A stretch of DNA of 64,000 nt from positions 1 through 64,000 of the forward strand of contig JAQGDQ010000044.1 of NCBI GenBank assembly GCA_030141605.1. Direction: 5' to 3'. Origin of the DNA: Tubiluchus corallicola. Its lineage: Eukaryota > Animalia > Priapulida. Positions 36,331 through 50,375 of the stretch are shown here, piece by piece. A program made the translations under genes and the position numbers. The notes under the pieces are model-generated. The model did not search any database. It was not told where the DNA came from and saw nothing but the letters and a program-made list of their open reading frames with translations. Within the stretch, counting starts at the first letter, position 1; every line of letters begins with the position of its first letter.

Positions 36331-37635
36331 AGGTCTTCGTTAATACGATGCAGCTCCATATACGGTAGAAGGGTTCGAAAACTTTGCTCTTCCCTTCTCC
36401 CTACACTATTCGTTGTTTTTTCATTGATATTTGATATTTATTTATTTTAGCCGTAGCATATTAATTCAATAATAAAAAGATACGGCGCAATAAAGTGGAC
36501 AGGGAGGCCTATACAAGATGAAAAGACCACAGTATAACATACAGGCCACACTATGAAGTTAGCTAACCGTCAACATTGTTACTTGTTTATGCTTCTATTG
36601 TATTGAAATTTATAACATGCAAGTAACTGTTGTGAAAATAAAATCACCGAAAATTTTAAAATCAAAAGTCTTATCTCCCCCTCGCCACACGAATCTCGCT
36701 GCGGTTTATTTTAAAAAAATGACGTAAGCTGGTGGACAGCACGAAGGCACAAAACGAAACAAACTTCTGCGGATCACTCAGAAATTTCGCTATTTTCGAC
36801 GACTAAATTTCTGTGTTTAACTATGTTTGTGTAAAAATAGTCGCGGGAACAATTACCAACAAATTCAAAGTGCTTACATAACTTTAATCCACAGGACTAT
36901 ACTCAGAATACACACATACATATTTATAGTTAAGCATGAAATTCTTGCTTACAAGGCTTCGAGCACATAGAAGATGCCGGGCGATTTACTTAACTTACCG
37001 AGTTCAGATTTAGCATGTTAAAATAATTACTTTGTTGGCGTTAGCAAGCCGAGTTGGAGATTATTATTACTGTTAGCAGGTATTCTTTACATAGTGGGCA
37101 ACAAGATTCCTCGAAAAACAAAAAATACTATAAAGGATCTCGTTTACTGTTTTGGATTGTTTTTAGTTGATAAAAGTAAATTTAGGCGCTGCTCTGAGAA
37201 AAGTTTTCTCAAACACCTGACGGCATAACTGCTTGTATTGCACGACAACCGGATGACGCCATTTTTTATTCAGAAAAACTATTAAATGAGCTCGCCCAAG
37301 CGTGAAGTGATCGCGAGTTTTAGGTTGATTTTACTAACTACACGAGGCGCTTATCACATTTTTATTGTTTAAACTTTCTAATATTTTTCTCAAATGCTGA
37401 AATAAGATTTCTCCGTAGCCTTGGCTTTTGGTTTAAGGAAACAAAACCAGCTGCCACAAAGCATTTAAACTTCTAACCGTTTCAGCTAGCTAATCTAGTA
37501 CTAACTGCCCTGCCCTAAGGATAATTCTCATTCTAACAGCCACCAATGCACTAGTAGCAGTGGATTCACTGATAAGTTCTACCCATTGCAATGTTCGACC
37601 AATTTATTTGACCATCGTCATAAGCCAAAGAAGAT

Positions 37636-38160
<525 letters not shown>

Positions 38161-39549
38161 ACAAAATATTAGTGTTTTAGTTTTGTGTGACTTCATACTG
38201 AAACAATCATTTATTTATGTATGAATATGTTTGTGTGAAGTTATTTGTTCAGATGAATGAGAACATAATTGTTTCTGCACAGAGTAAATGAATATCAATT
38301 AGTCATAGTTAATCGGTCGGTCTGTCAGTCAGTCAGTCAGTCAGCCAGCCAGCCAGCCAGCCAGTAGTCAGTCAGTCAATCAATAAATCTTTTGTAGATA
38401 AAGAGAACCAGGGCCCCTGTTTCCGCATACTTTATTCATGACTGTGGAAATTAAAACTGCTCAAAGTTTGAGTATTTCAGCCTGACGATCGATTGGCGCC
38501 TGACAAGTGTGTAAACTATACTATTTTGAGCTAAAAGCCCCAGAGAAACATAATATTGCCAGCCATATGCAGTTATGGGGTTTAAGATTATGGTGGCTTG
38601 TAAAAGGAGGGCAGCCAGTTGCTCGGATTCAGTCTCCTATTATAGATGCTCTTGTGGTGGCTTCTATTAAGAATTCATCGTGCTATTTGGCATCAATTCA
38701 ATGGGGAACTTGATTGAGTGGGCTTTCAGTATGCTGTGTCTATAGATGGCTTCTCAGAATACAAGCTAATCGCCTTCATGTGCCTGGCGGATGCCAGTTT
38801 ATATATTGGATTTGGGCCATCGCATTCGAGTGCCTGCCACTATTAAGCTTGGGTGAAAACACAATAATGAGAAGGGATAGATGCAGCGACTCCTGGGAAA
38901 CCAACTTCCCAGAAAAACGTGTATTCCACGTGTGTCCCCTTTGGATGATTGAATTTGCATCAAAATTTTGTCCTGGAGACGAAGAGGCCACGTATTTTAC
39001 ATGACGGTATTATTGTTTGTTCAGCATATACAGAAAGCATTTAGTTTGTTCAGCATATTGTTTGTTCAGCAGAAAAACAGACAAGAACGCAGGACTTTCA
39101 GTGTCAAGCAGTCTAAAACAAAGTCAAGACCAGGACAGAATCACTCTCCCCGGACCTGAAGTAGCCTGGTAGTAGCGCTTGTAGTCTGTTTATGCGCAGC
39201 AGTTTTCAAAAACATCGCGTGAAATCGTTCCGCGCATAAAATTTCATTCTGAGAAATGTATCTACCACTGAGTGTCTCTTAAATTTCCATATTTATCAAG
39301 ATCTATTTCAAAATACATGAAAATAAAATTACAATTTACTTTGATTAAAGTTATAGTGATCGGTATAGGATGTTACCGAGCAAATAAAATGCTACTTTCT
39401 CCGCACGGACGATCTACATTTAATTTATTCTGAGATAATTAAATTCAACGATTGGAATTTTGTTGCACGCTTTATTACATGAAATAAATCTGGATAGCAT
39501 ACGAAATAATTTGATGCAGTTAAAGCAGAGCCATCCGAGTTTCCCTTAT

Positions 39550-40162
39550 AGGAAGACAGGATGATTTTATAATATCACATCCCATGTTGAAGCATGATAA
39601 AAAGTATATAAAAAGTATACATTTTAACTTCTATAATAATGCCAAAGCGGGCCTGATAATTAAATAAACTTAATTAATCGTGTTCGAACCCAACTAGTGA
39701 TGACATCACAAGTGAACATAGTTTTCAACAGCACAAACGTTCTTTGAATGCGATGCACGTGTTTGTGAAAGCGAAAATTGAAATACAGTGGTATTGAAAA
39801 CATTCTGTGTGATATACAAAAATTCGGCAAATTTAAAATTTGAAATTCAAATTTCAAGTTTAGCGCTGTTTTCGCGCATGAGCTCTGGAACGCGTACAGT
39901 ACACCACAACCGAACACTTCTGAACTGAGAGGTACAGCACCTGTTTTTTGTTCTATATTTTAGACGGGTGCTATAGTACTCGTCTAACTAGCGAATGGAG
40001 CGAATGGCGCGTCTAACTAGGGAATCGAGCTAACTCGAAGAACAAGCCACGAAACGCGAAATTGTGTTTGTGTGGTAATAAGTGTTTTACGTAAGCCATT
40101 TTTGAAAAAAAATAGTACGTTTCCTTTCAAAATTTATAATTTAAGATCAGGCCCGCTTTTGT
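39550..40162 (+). mobile_element. Kolobok-like family B copy 2
   Basis: Collinear with 35372-35989. Confidence 0.75.
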
Positions 40163-42559
40163 TTTAATTGGTTCTCTCTCTCTCCCTCTCTCTCTCTTTC
40201 TCTCTTTTCATTCTCTCTCCCTCCTATCTTTCTCTCTTTTCTTTCTCTATCTACCTCTCTGTCTCTCTCTCACTAACTGTTTACTGTCTCTACATTTAGC
40301 ACGAGAATTTGTACATGCTGGGGTACTTACATGAGCTTGATTATAGCCGGTGTCCCATCTCGAGAAAAACAAGGCTTACCAACAATATGACGACACTAAG
40401 CAAAAGTAGCCCACCAGCTTTTGCTTATCAAGTAAATTGTGACATAGATGACTCGCTAGTAATGGCTAAATGTGCGCAAATTTAACACCATGAATTATAT
40501 AAAGGTTGTTAAATTTGTTAACACATATTTTGTTAATGCTCGCTTTCTAGCATTTAGAAAGGCATAAAGATACTTTCAATGTCATGATGAAACACGTAGA
40601 TGAAGCATTTGAAGTTCGTACTTTTGCTTCAAAATGAGCGCTGAAATGAAAATTGTTAAGAAACATGATGCAGTTGACTTTGCGGTGGTGATATGCTGCT
40701 ACCAAAATCGATTTCAATGTTATGAAACGACTTGAAATGAAATTTCTATGACTGACATTAATAAGTTTCTCAAATTGTCATTTTCGCAATTGATAGTGGA
40801 CAGTAGGGCGACGTGCAGAAAACAAAACGTTAAATTTTTGTAAAGCTGTCAGCGTTCAAGGTTCAAAGCCTCGCGCAAATTTCAGCTATTGGGACTTAGC
40901 AGCAATTTTTTGGTTCACTGAAAATGGAACAACATGTAACATGTAACAACACGTACTATAACATCAAGGACCGGATTTTGATTTTGTACCCCCCCTGGGT
41001 TAGAGAAGCTGTGAGGCCCCTGCCCCCAACGACAATTAACAAAAGCATGAATGTTGGATTCTTGAAATCAGTTTACTTACTAACATTAAGCCCCACATAG
41101 ATGGGTGCAAGTCTAACACAACAAAAAGAGAAGAGATATTCTGATATTTACAAATTTAAAATAAGTTTTTGAAATATTAAATATAATACAAACAAATTAC
41201 GATAAACAAGTTACAGGTGTGGCAGCACCAGTGACTTAGAATAATCGACAAGGAAACAGCTCAAACGTATTATTATACAATACCTAATAATTAATTGAGC
41301 CCATTTTATAGAGATTATTCAGTATACTTCTACTCTCATTCTGTAGTAACGCGTCACAGTTAATTAATTGCACATACTGGAGGCCCGTCAGCTGGCAACT
41401 TACGGTGCACAGTAACAAAAAAATGTTCTTAAATTTCAAAAATCAGCATCAGCTATTATAAATAAACTAGGGCGTGTCACTAGCAAGACCCATTTCTTGT
41501 TCTCCCACTTGTTTATTTTTGTTTGTAGTCTAGAAATTCAAAGGCATCCTTTAGGTTTTGGCTCGTTTAAGTGACACCAGGTGGTTTTAACTACTAACAT
41601 CCGGTCTTCAAAATTTTATCCTCAAACTGTTCAAGATGACTTCCGATTCAGATGTTCATTGATCTCTGAACTTGCCGTAGTAAAAACAACTTTTAAATCA
41701 GTAACAACTCGATGTATTTGACTCACAGTGTCAACATAGTCAGGTCATACAGTCCTGTCAGTGTAGAAAAACTAATAAATGGTTTTTTCAACAAATAATA
41801 ACATCAACGAAGCAGTAAACATAGCCATAAAATTTATTCTATAGTTTGTTTGTATATATATATATAATGTTTGTTTTATTAGTAATTGTTTTATTTGTCT
41901 GCAGTGTCACTATATTTCAAAATTGAAATTGTATGTATGTCTTGTTTTTTCTAGTATCGTATGTATTTTTGGTACTAATAAATATAAAACATAAGTATGA
42001 AATATGAAAGATTCTGGCCATTTTGGCAGTCCTGGCAGAATGGATCTACTTTAGAAATTGGGGTTATTATTTCTTATAAGACATCAGTTACAAAGTCTTT
42101 TCCAATTAATTCTTATTAAAAGAATAAAAACATATATTTGCTACTGTCTAAGAGACCCTGTTAGTAGTAGTAATAAAATGCAGAAAAATGCACGCACAAA
42201 AATGTAGGTTGATACTAAAAAAATAAAAAATAACGTTTTCCTTTGAGCAGTTAATATGTTTCAGAAAAATCAAAGCAGAGAGTTAACCTCAAACTGAAAG
42301 AAAAATGCAATTCTATATTAAACCACCTTCATTTCAGTATAAAAGATTGAGAATTGGTGTTATTTGCAAAGATACAGTTGCAGTTTACTACGTAATACAA
42401 AGTAAACTACTGCTAAACTACATTTTGCTACGTAATACAGTAAACTATCCGTCTGTTGTGGGACTTCACCTATTGGCTCTACAGAATATATTTTGGAGGC
42501 TATTAATGGGGGACATCTACAGTAAACCATTTAATGATGTGCAGCTCTTGAACTAAACC

Positions 42560-43130
42560 GTTTTTGGGCTACATTTAAAGGACGGCACCTACTTTGTTTC
42601 TTGAATTCTTTCCGTGGAATTATCCGTTGTACGACTGACGCAGCAAAATGGACTGCCATAGTCTGATGTACTCCAATATACGACGAAAAGGCAGTGAATA
42701 TTTCTGTTTAGACGCTTACTCTGCTACACACAACCGATACCATTAATTGATATATTAATCAGCTCAACGAGATGTGGAATAAAATCATCTTCCTAGATGT
42801 TACACAAATGATCGTAAGTAACATAAATAATTTTTTCCAAGGCACCAATTAGCAGTAACCATTTATTATTCGACAATATGTTTCGCTGCAAAATTAGCAA
42901 ATTAAAGTCTTGCGCAGTTGTCAAACACTGAAATACCTACAAGTCACAAAATCGTTATTGCCAGGTAGTAAATAGTTAATATTCGTTCACAGCAATCATG
43001 TGTCCAACAATAGCGATGCACGGCTTGTATAACAAAACGAAAAACTGAGTCTTGTCAAAGAAAAACCTGCAGAATAACTCGGCAAGCGTGTTTTTTATTC
43101 GCTTCATAAATAAAGCGTAACCACTTACTA
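42560..43130 (-). pseudogene. Degenerate CR1/L2 RT C-terminal fragment
   Basis: Minus strand gives RRILEY...W and ERIQ-like motifs. Confidence 0.4.
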
Positions 43131-44401
43131 CTGATTTGACAGTTACAGGGGCCACTCACTCTAAACGAACATGTCTGGAACATTGACTGTGTAGCAGAGA
43201 GACGGGCTGCTCAGCAACACTCATAGGGAATCCTCGTACGTCAGCGATGAAACGGTTTCGCCAATCACACAGCATACTTACTCCCATTGATTGTATTCAT
43301 GCTATTATATGTTTAGCGCTACGACGCATTAATAATTGACACGTGACTGTAATATAAATAGACTATACATTGGTGGTATTAGGTAAAATTCGAGCGCCAT
43401 AATGCTAAAACACGAGCACATTATTGATGTATTGGTGCTCTGCGTTCTGTTACAACAGGTTTTACGACGTGACGCAAACTTGCGCGAAGTTTTTTAGAAA
43501 ACAAAGTTTTATTGTTGAAAACAAATTACTCTGCTGAGAAAACATGTTTCTTGTTAGTTCAGAAAAGCTTTTGTCGACGAGCCTACAGTGTAAAATGTGA
43601 GTTAACTTGTATGTAACTAAAATGTGAGTTGAGAAAAATATGTAACGATCATAAATAAATAGTTAATCATATTCAGTTTAGAATGTATGAATATTTTCAC
43701 TACAAATTTGAACAAACTGAAAAAGATATTATTTATTGTATAAATCAAACGCATCTATGTATATATGTATGCATTTATATGCTCAAAATAAAGAATTATA
43801 ATAATTACAATAACAACGTATCTGTATGTGTGTGTCCGTGCCATACATAATACGGACATGTTATGGTTTGAAGATACATCATATCCAGTGCAAGTAGATA
43901 TAGGTACCTGTTATAAGTCGTATAGCCATGTAACGGTGTTCAGAGAAAATATTGAAAATTGTCTTGGTAGACTAGACCGAAATGGTACCTAATTTCACAC
44001 TTCATCGCTAGCCTACTTGCATAATTAGGACAAAAAGCGCTTCATTCAAACCTTTACTAATATTTCTAAAACAATGTTGGCTAAGTCTTAGAGTGTATGG
44101 TAAGGAACATTTTTCTAATCGTATAACCCGTGACAAGTATCAAATCCTCGCTATTATACTACAACATGTAAATTGGTGAGAAATAAATCGATAAATGCAG
44201 CAAATTTCTCGGAACTCGAGTTACGCGACTCTAATACAGAAATCTTGAGATTTATAACACGTACGTTGTATGAATCTTTCAATAAAGCTTTCAGTTCTGC
44301 TTGTAAATTAATATCACGATCCACCATTTCTTTGATCAAAAGAACGACAAAGGATAAGCTACTCAATTTAAATGCAATCGACCCAAATTTCTTTAACTTA
44401 C

Positions 44402-44545
44402 AGGAAAACAGGATAATGTTTCTTATCCTACCCCATTTTGAAGGTAAAAAGCATACATTTCAACACCTATGATAATGCGAAGGCGCTCCTGATAATTAAA
44501 TAATAGATTAAAAACGTAATTAACGATGGGTGAGCCCAACTAGTG

Positions 44546-44597
<52 letters not shown>

Positions 44598-44827
44598 TAA
44601 CAATAACAATAACAATAACAATAACAATAACAATAACAATAACAATAACAATAACAATAACAATAACAATAACAATAACAATAACAATAACAATAACAAT
44701 AACAATAACAATAACAATAACAATAACAATAACAATAACAATAACAATAACAATAACAATAACAATAACAATAACAATAACAATAACAATAACAATAACA
44801 ATAACAATAATATTAACAATAATAATA

Positions 44828-44858
<31 letters not shown>

Positions 44859-45505
44859 ATCTTTTTTTGAAAAAAATTATTTACTAGCCCTCTATTTGTA
44901 GGGAAGATTTTTACAGAAACACGTTATAACATTGTTTACTTCGTTGAACTTTTAAATGGATGAAGGCCTAAGGTTAAGAAAAACAATGTATGAAAATTCA
45001 CACAATTAAAATGTACTTAAAACTATATATTACGATAATGTTTTACCCAAAAAAGAAGACAAAATATTTATGCAGTCTAATATTTGCAACATTATTTATC
45101 GGCATTCTAATAGTTTTTTCACGATTATTTCCTTTACAATATTTATGAAAATTCTTCATTCATAAATGTTCCTTCCTCTTATTATCTCTTTCAACTTCAA
45201 AGATGTTATCTCTGTTATCTTTGTTTGTCAATCTACAACAAAATATCAAATGTTCAGCAGTTTGCTTTTCTCTGTGTTCACAGTCACATCTGCCATTTGT
45301 GCTCTAATCCCTCTGACGATAAAAAAATCTAATGACGTCACAATGAACATAATTTTCAACAGCACAAACATTCCTTGAGCGTGTTGCACGTGTTTGAACA
45401 GGAAAAATTGAAGTACAGTGCTACTGTAAGATATTCAATGTGTTGTACTAAAACTAGGCAAATTTTAAGATAAAAATTCAAATTTACCGCTGTGCTCACG
45501 CACGA
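44402..45505 (+). mobile_element. Kolobok-like family B copy 3, partial, interrupted at about 44546-45330
   Basis: 44402-44545 and 45331-45505 match consecutive parts of the family sequence. Confidence 0.7.
44546..44858. repeat. (AAT)n/(AACAAT)n microsatellite
   Basis: Direct reading. Confidence 0.97.
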
Positions 45506-45849
45506 CGAATTCATTGAAAGAAGAAAAACAGTGCGCTGGCAATTTTCGACAAAAGTACAATAAGTTTTTACAAAAAATTGCTAGCTAATTTTGTAATATT
45601 CTCGCGTGGCCAGTTACGTGATCAATTTCAAGTGACTGGCGGCTACCAAAGCGCCTGAAAATTTCTATAAAGCAGTAATATAAATTAACTTTATGCTTTA
45701 TAGACATTTTGCAAATTTGTTTGTTATATCTTTTTACGTGTAAGTAAAAAGGCAAACAACTGCAAAACATACAATCTACAACGGCACAAACATATAAAGC
45801 TACCACGAACGGATAAAAGGTCATCTGGGTCACCGGGAAAGATTCAGAT

Positions 45850-46340
45850 TTCGGTCCCTACACACTATCTGCAAACACCACCGGCAGGGACCCAATCACA
45901 TTGACTGCCCAAGCATAGTTGATAACTACAGACAAAACACATAATACAAGCACACACAGAACATCAACGTAAACCAACTGCAACAACGACAAAAATGAGA
46001 GGGGACCCATACAATATGACCACAACGCGACACATGGCTAGACAAGTTTCTCAGCACAAAAATCACATCAAGGCCACAGCCACTTGTTTAACTGAATCCA
46101 AACTTAAATAAAAGAAAACGACGACTTTCAAAAAGATATTCCCGAGATTGAAGAAAGCTCGTCGTAGAGTAACACTTATTTGACAATATTGTACAACCTA
46201 GCTGCCCTAACCAAAAACCTCTCCTTGCTTGAACATCACCAGGGCGTACCTAACCTGGTGAGCAGAAAACACATAAGCTATCTTAAGTGAAATATTGCTA
46301 GAAGGAAATGTATACATAATGGCAGGAAAGGAGAAATCAT
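45850..46340 (-). pseudogene. Degenerate CR1-type LINE 3' fragment
   Basis: Traces of VRP, FESRR and VNV..SLP motifs in the expected order. Confidence 0.4.
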
Positions 46341-46525
46341 CAACTTTATGAAAAATGCCCGTTGAAACAACTACAAGTCGCTTATGACTTGTCCTTTTCT
46401 TTAAAGGCAGAAGCTAAATGTGTTACTTGTATCTTGCGCAGTGATTCTTATCTAACCAGATAGAGTAGACATAATGGAAACAACGAATATTCAAGTCAAT
46501 TTTTTTATAACAGGCACTTAAAACA

Positions 46526-47034
46526 TTTATAGCCAAAACAACACGACTTTATTAAAACTTCCAATTCACATAGTTAAAGATCACGACAGACTGCTGCTGT
46601 CGTCATCAGTGGTAAATTCTGCAAACAGGGACTTATTAATAAAAGAAAGTTTATCTGTGAACCTTAATAAGCCTTCTTTTAATGTTCAAAACAGTTCAAT
46701 TCCTTATTCTCAGGCATTTTGTTATTTGTTACTGTATCAATTTATTTTCTTCAGGTCTGCTTAATCATTTCCTATTTGGCTTTTGTGAATACATAATTAG
46801 TGCATAGATTACTGTATCAATTTCTTTACTGGTCTGTTTATTCATTACTCTATTTAGCTGCCGTTAATTGCTTAATTAATTGCATAAGGTTCTATAGGCT
46901 CTACCTACATAAATTGGTTGTATGTTTGTAAAATTTACCACTGATGATGACAGCAGTAGACTTTCGAAACGTTTGGCGTGATTTTTGACTATGTGAATTG
47001 GAAGTTTTCCTGAAGTTGTTGTTTTGGCTATAAA
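46526..47034. mobile_element. Penelope-like element remnant with inverted ~105-bp arms
   Basis: 46526-46627 is an inverted copy of 46923-47034; the arms carry a hammerhead-like core; the interior is related to 757-1050. Confidence 0.6.
46938..46976 (+). ncRNA. Minimal type I hammerhead ribozyme motif (possibly degenerate)
   Basis: CCA-CTGATGA-T-GACAG-cagtaga-CTtTC-GAAAC-GTT-TGG. The opposite arm has a perfect stem II (GACAG/CTGTC). Confidence 0.55.
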
Positions 47035-47188
47035 CGAATATTCATGTGAAAGTTGTAACTGTATATTTTAGGTGCTGCCATCTATTGATTAGTCACTTTA
47101 ACATTTTACTAGTTAAACTCACCCCTAGTACAATTGCTCGGTCCAGTGAATATGCAAACTCACTGGATCTCTCCTATTTTTTCTGTAA

Positions 47189-47475
47189 TGGGATATGTGA
47201 AGCCAAGTTTTTGCATAGTTCTCTACCTATATATACTGGCTGGATTTCACTTCTAGCCACGGTCTCTCAGTCACGCTCTCAGTGACGTGCAGTCGATCTA
47301 CTTATGTGACTCTCTGCCAAGTTCTCAGTGCAGTGCAGTCCAGTCCAGTCCAGTCGTGCTACACACTGTCTCTCTGTCACACACTCAGTGCAGTGCAGCA
47401 GTCGTGATCTTCATTTTACTTGTGTATTTTACTGTGTATTTAGTGTAATAAACGGTTTCAGTTTTTGTGCAGACA
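47189..47475 (+). mobile_element. Solo LTR
   Basis: TG...CA bounded by 5-bp direct repeat TGTAA (47184-47188, 47476-47480); TATATA near 47228; AATAAA near 47447. Confidence 0.7.
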
Positions 47476-48164
47476 TGTAATATTGTTCAGTTGTTTTCTA
47501 CAATAGTTCAACTTCAACTTAACTTTCACAATTCACTTGTAAGATATAAGTCCCCACCAGACAATCGCCATTTGGCACTTGCCAACAATCCAACAGACAC
47601 AATGTTTTTTAATCACATTCGATTACACCGCCGGGGTGGTGTAAAGACGACGGAAAAGCGGTTAAGCTCTTCAAAGAACTTTTTATTTGCCGACGATCAA
47701 TTATGATTCTGCTTGGTTGTCAAGTTGAATGAACAGCGTGAGATGGATTGTCAACATTAGATAAGACGTGGATTGCAACAGGCTAGATTAGATTAGCGTC
47801 AAGGCAAAATGGATTTGATAGATCAGCAGGGAAGAGCGGCTAGGCGCCATGTTCGTACGTGGAGACAAAAGTCGAGAGGAGGAAGTCAATGTCATAAAAA
47901 TTGTTTGCGTGTCTTACAAAAAAATGTATGTAAAATATAATTGAAATTTTATTTTTGTCCTGTATATCCATGCAACATAGTATTAAAAATGGTTAATAAC
48001 CAGCATTGTCGTTACTTTACATGTAATCTAGTCAGGACCGGCTCTACCACTAAACAAACTAGGCAGTCAAATTGGGAGGGGGGGGCAGGGCGCCAAATTC
48101 TGGAAGAAGTTCTTTAATTTTTAAGTTTAGTATAAGTAATAACATAATATGTGTAACTGCTTAA

Positions 48165-48816
48165 AGGAAGACAGGATGATTTTCCATATACTACTCCATT
48201 TTCGGGTACGGTAAAAGTATACATTTTAACACCAATAATAATGCAAAAACGCCAAAACAATCTACTCTTTAAAATATTGAAAGGTAACATGCTATTTTTC
48301 AAAAATGACTTCACGTTCGCGCCACTAGTTCTCGCTGTTACATGAATTTTGCCATTCACTAGTTACACGGGCACTAGCGCCAGCTATTCGGAAACGCATT
48401 CCACAAAAAAACTCAGTTCCTCTCAACTGTATCATTCAGTTCAGATGTGTTAGTTTCTGACGTACTGCACACGTTTGACAGCTCATGCGTGAGGACAGCA
48501 GCAAATTTGAAATTTGAATTTTTGTCTTAAAACTTACCTCTGTCTTTAGTACAACACACTAAATCTCTTACAGTAGCATTGTACTTCAATTTTCGCTTTC
48601 GCAAACTCATGCAAGACGCTCGTGGAATATTTTTGCCGTTGAAAATTATGTTATTTTGTGATGTCATCAATAGTTGGGCTCGCCCGCCGTTAATTAAGTT
48701 TTTAATCTATTATTTAATTATCAGAAGCGCTTTTGCAGTATTAATTGTGTTAAAATGGATACTTTTTTATCGGACTTGAAAATGGGGTAGTATATGAAAA
48801 ATCATCCTGTCTTCCT
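48165..48816 (-). mobile_element. Kolobok-like family B copy 4 with ~88-bp TIRs
   Basis: ttaa|AGGAAGACAGGATGATTTT...AAAATCATCCTGTCTTCCT|ttaa; perfect TTAA on both sides. Confidence 0.82.
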
Positions 48817-49926
48817 TTAACTGCACACTTGAATAACGCTAAATCTGTTCGTTTCAGCATCGCATCTGCCACAGGAAGCTATAATCTCTAAATACATACA
48901 CATGCTGTTAGTAACAGTAGTGAATTGATTTGTCTTCAAAAGAGATACAAATGAATCGCAATAAACTAGCAACCAAATTATTAAGATTAACTAAGTTATG
49001 ATTAAAACACAAACGTATCGTGCTAGACTTCGGAAGTGCTATCCTGCAAACTCTGGATTTTAGTTGTTAGAGAAGGAGAGCTTTTGGCTGTCCATGAGCT
49101 ATCCCTTAATACGCACTCATCATCCTTTTGACGGAAATGGTGCTGACAAGCCACTGGCATAGCAGTGTCTAGTGTCTGCTGAACGACCTGCTGTATTTAC
49201 CAGTCTTGAGGGCAGATTTCGTACATATTAGAAATCTGCCTGCCCAATGTCTACAACAGACGTAATTTGTTGCAGTGCTTTCCATGATCGATAACCATCA
49301 TATTTACCGTTGTCCCTTTTCCTGACCAATGGTCAGGTTCCCTTGTTTTCTTCCTCGTGAGATTTACTGTTTTAATGTCTTTTGCTTAACTGTTAACTGC
49401 TAATCTAAGATGCAAATAGGTTCTTTTTTCGTTGCACAAATTACTACAGCTGTCTGAGCTGTTCATGCCTAACCCAATCCTTTAATAAATTACTTTTAAA
49501 CTAACCAGAGTGTTTAGTTTTTGTTTGAATTTAATTTATTTGTTTATTTAATGTTGACTTACTAAACTGAAACAGACATCTCTCCAGTACCACATTAAAT
49601 ACAGAACGAATGATGATAGAGTGGAATAACCAGTTATGCAACTCATCTTGCAAAGTATAATATTTTATACTAATAAACTAATCTTGCTTATAAATAAGTA
49701 GTTTAAAATGTATAAGCTCGAACTGTTTACATTTTTTCGCAAAAAGTTGTATAAGAACCTAACTTACAAGCATTTGGTAACGCTGCGCACACTGCAAGCT
49801 ATGAAGCCAACATCAGCAGCTTGCCTTGTCTTGCCATCTATAGGAAAACTTCTAAACTAGACTCGTTAAGCCTAGTACAGCAAATAGGATAAGAATAGAT
49901 GAATGGACCCTGGACGTACGGAAGGC

Positions 49927-50375
49927 ATGGATGGATGGATGGATGGATGGATGGATGGATGGTTGGTTGGAGGGATGGATGGATGGATGGGTGGATGGAT
50001 GGATGGATGGATGGTTGGATGGATGGTTGGATGGATGGATGGATGGTTGGAGGGATGGATGGATGGTTGGATGGATGGATGGATGGATGGTTGGATGGAT
50101 GGATGGATGGATGGATGGATGGTTGGATGGATGGATGGATGGATGGATGGATGGGTGGATGGGTGGATGGATGGATGGTTGGATGGAGGGATGGATGGAT
50201 GGGTGGATGGATGGATGGTTGGATGGTTGGATGGATGGATGGATGGTTGGATGGATGGATGGTTGGATGGATGGATGGATGGATGGATGGATGGATGGAT
50301 GGATGGATGGATGGATGGATGGATGGATGGATGGATGGATGGATGGATGGATGGATGGATGGATGGATGGATGGA
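49927..50375. repeat. (GGAT)n microsatellite
   Basis: Direct reading. Confidence 0.97.

Noticed and set aside
36999-37016. ATG...|gtaagt candidate first exon (MLNLNS)
   Set aside because: Phase 0; incompatible with the phase-1 KChIP exons.
44520-44901. Poly-N, poly-L and IT-repeat ORFs
   Set aside because: Microsatellite artefacts.
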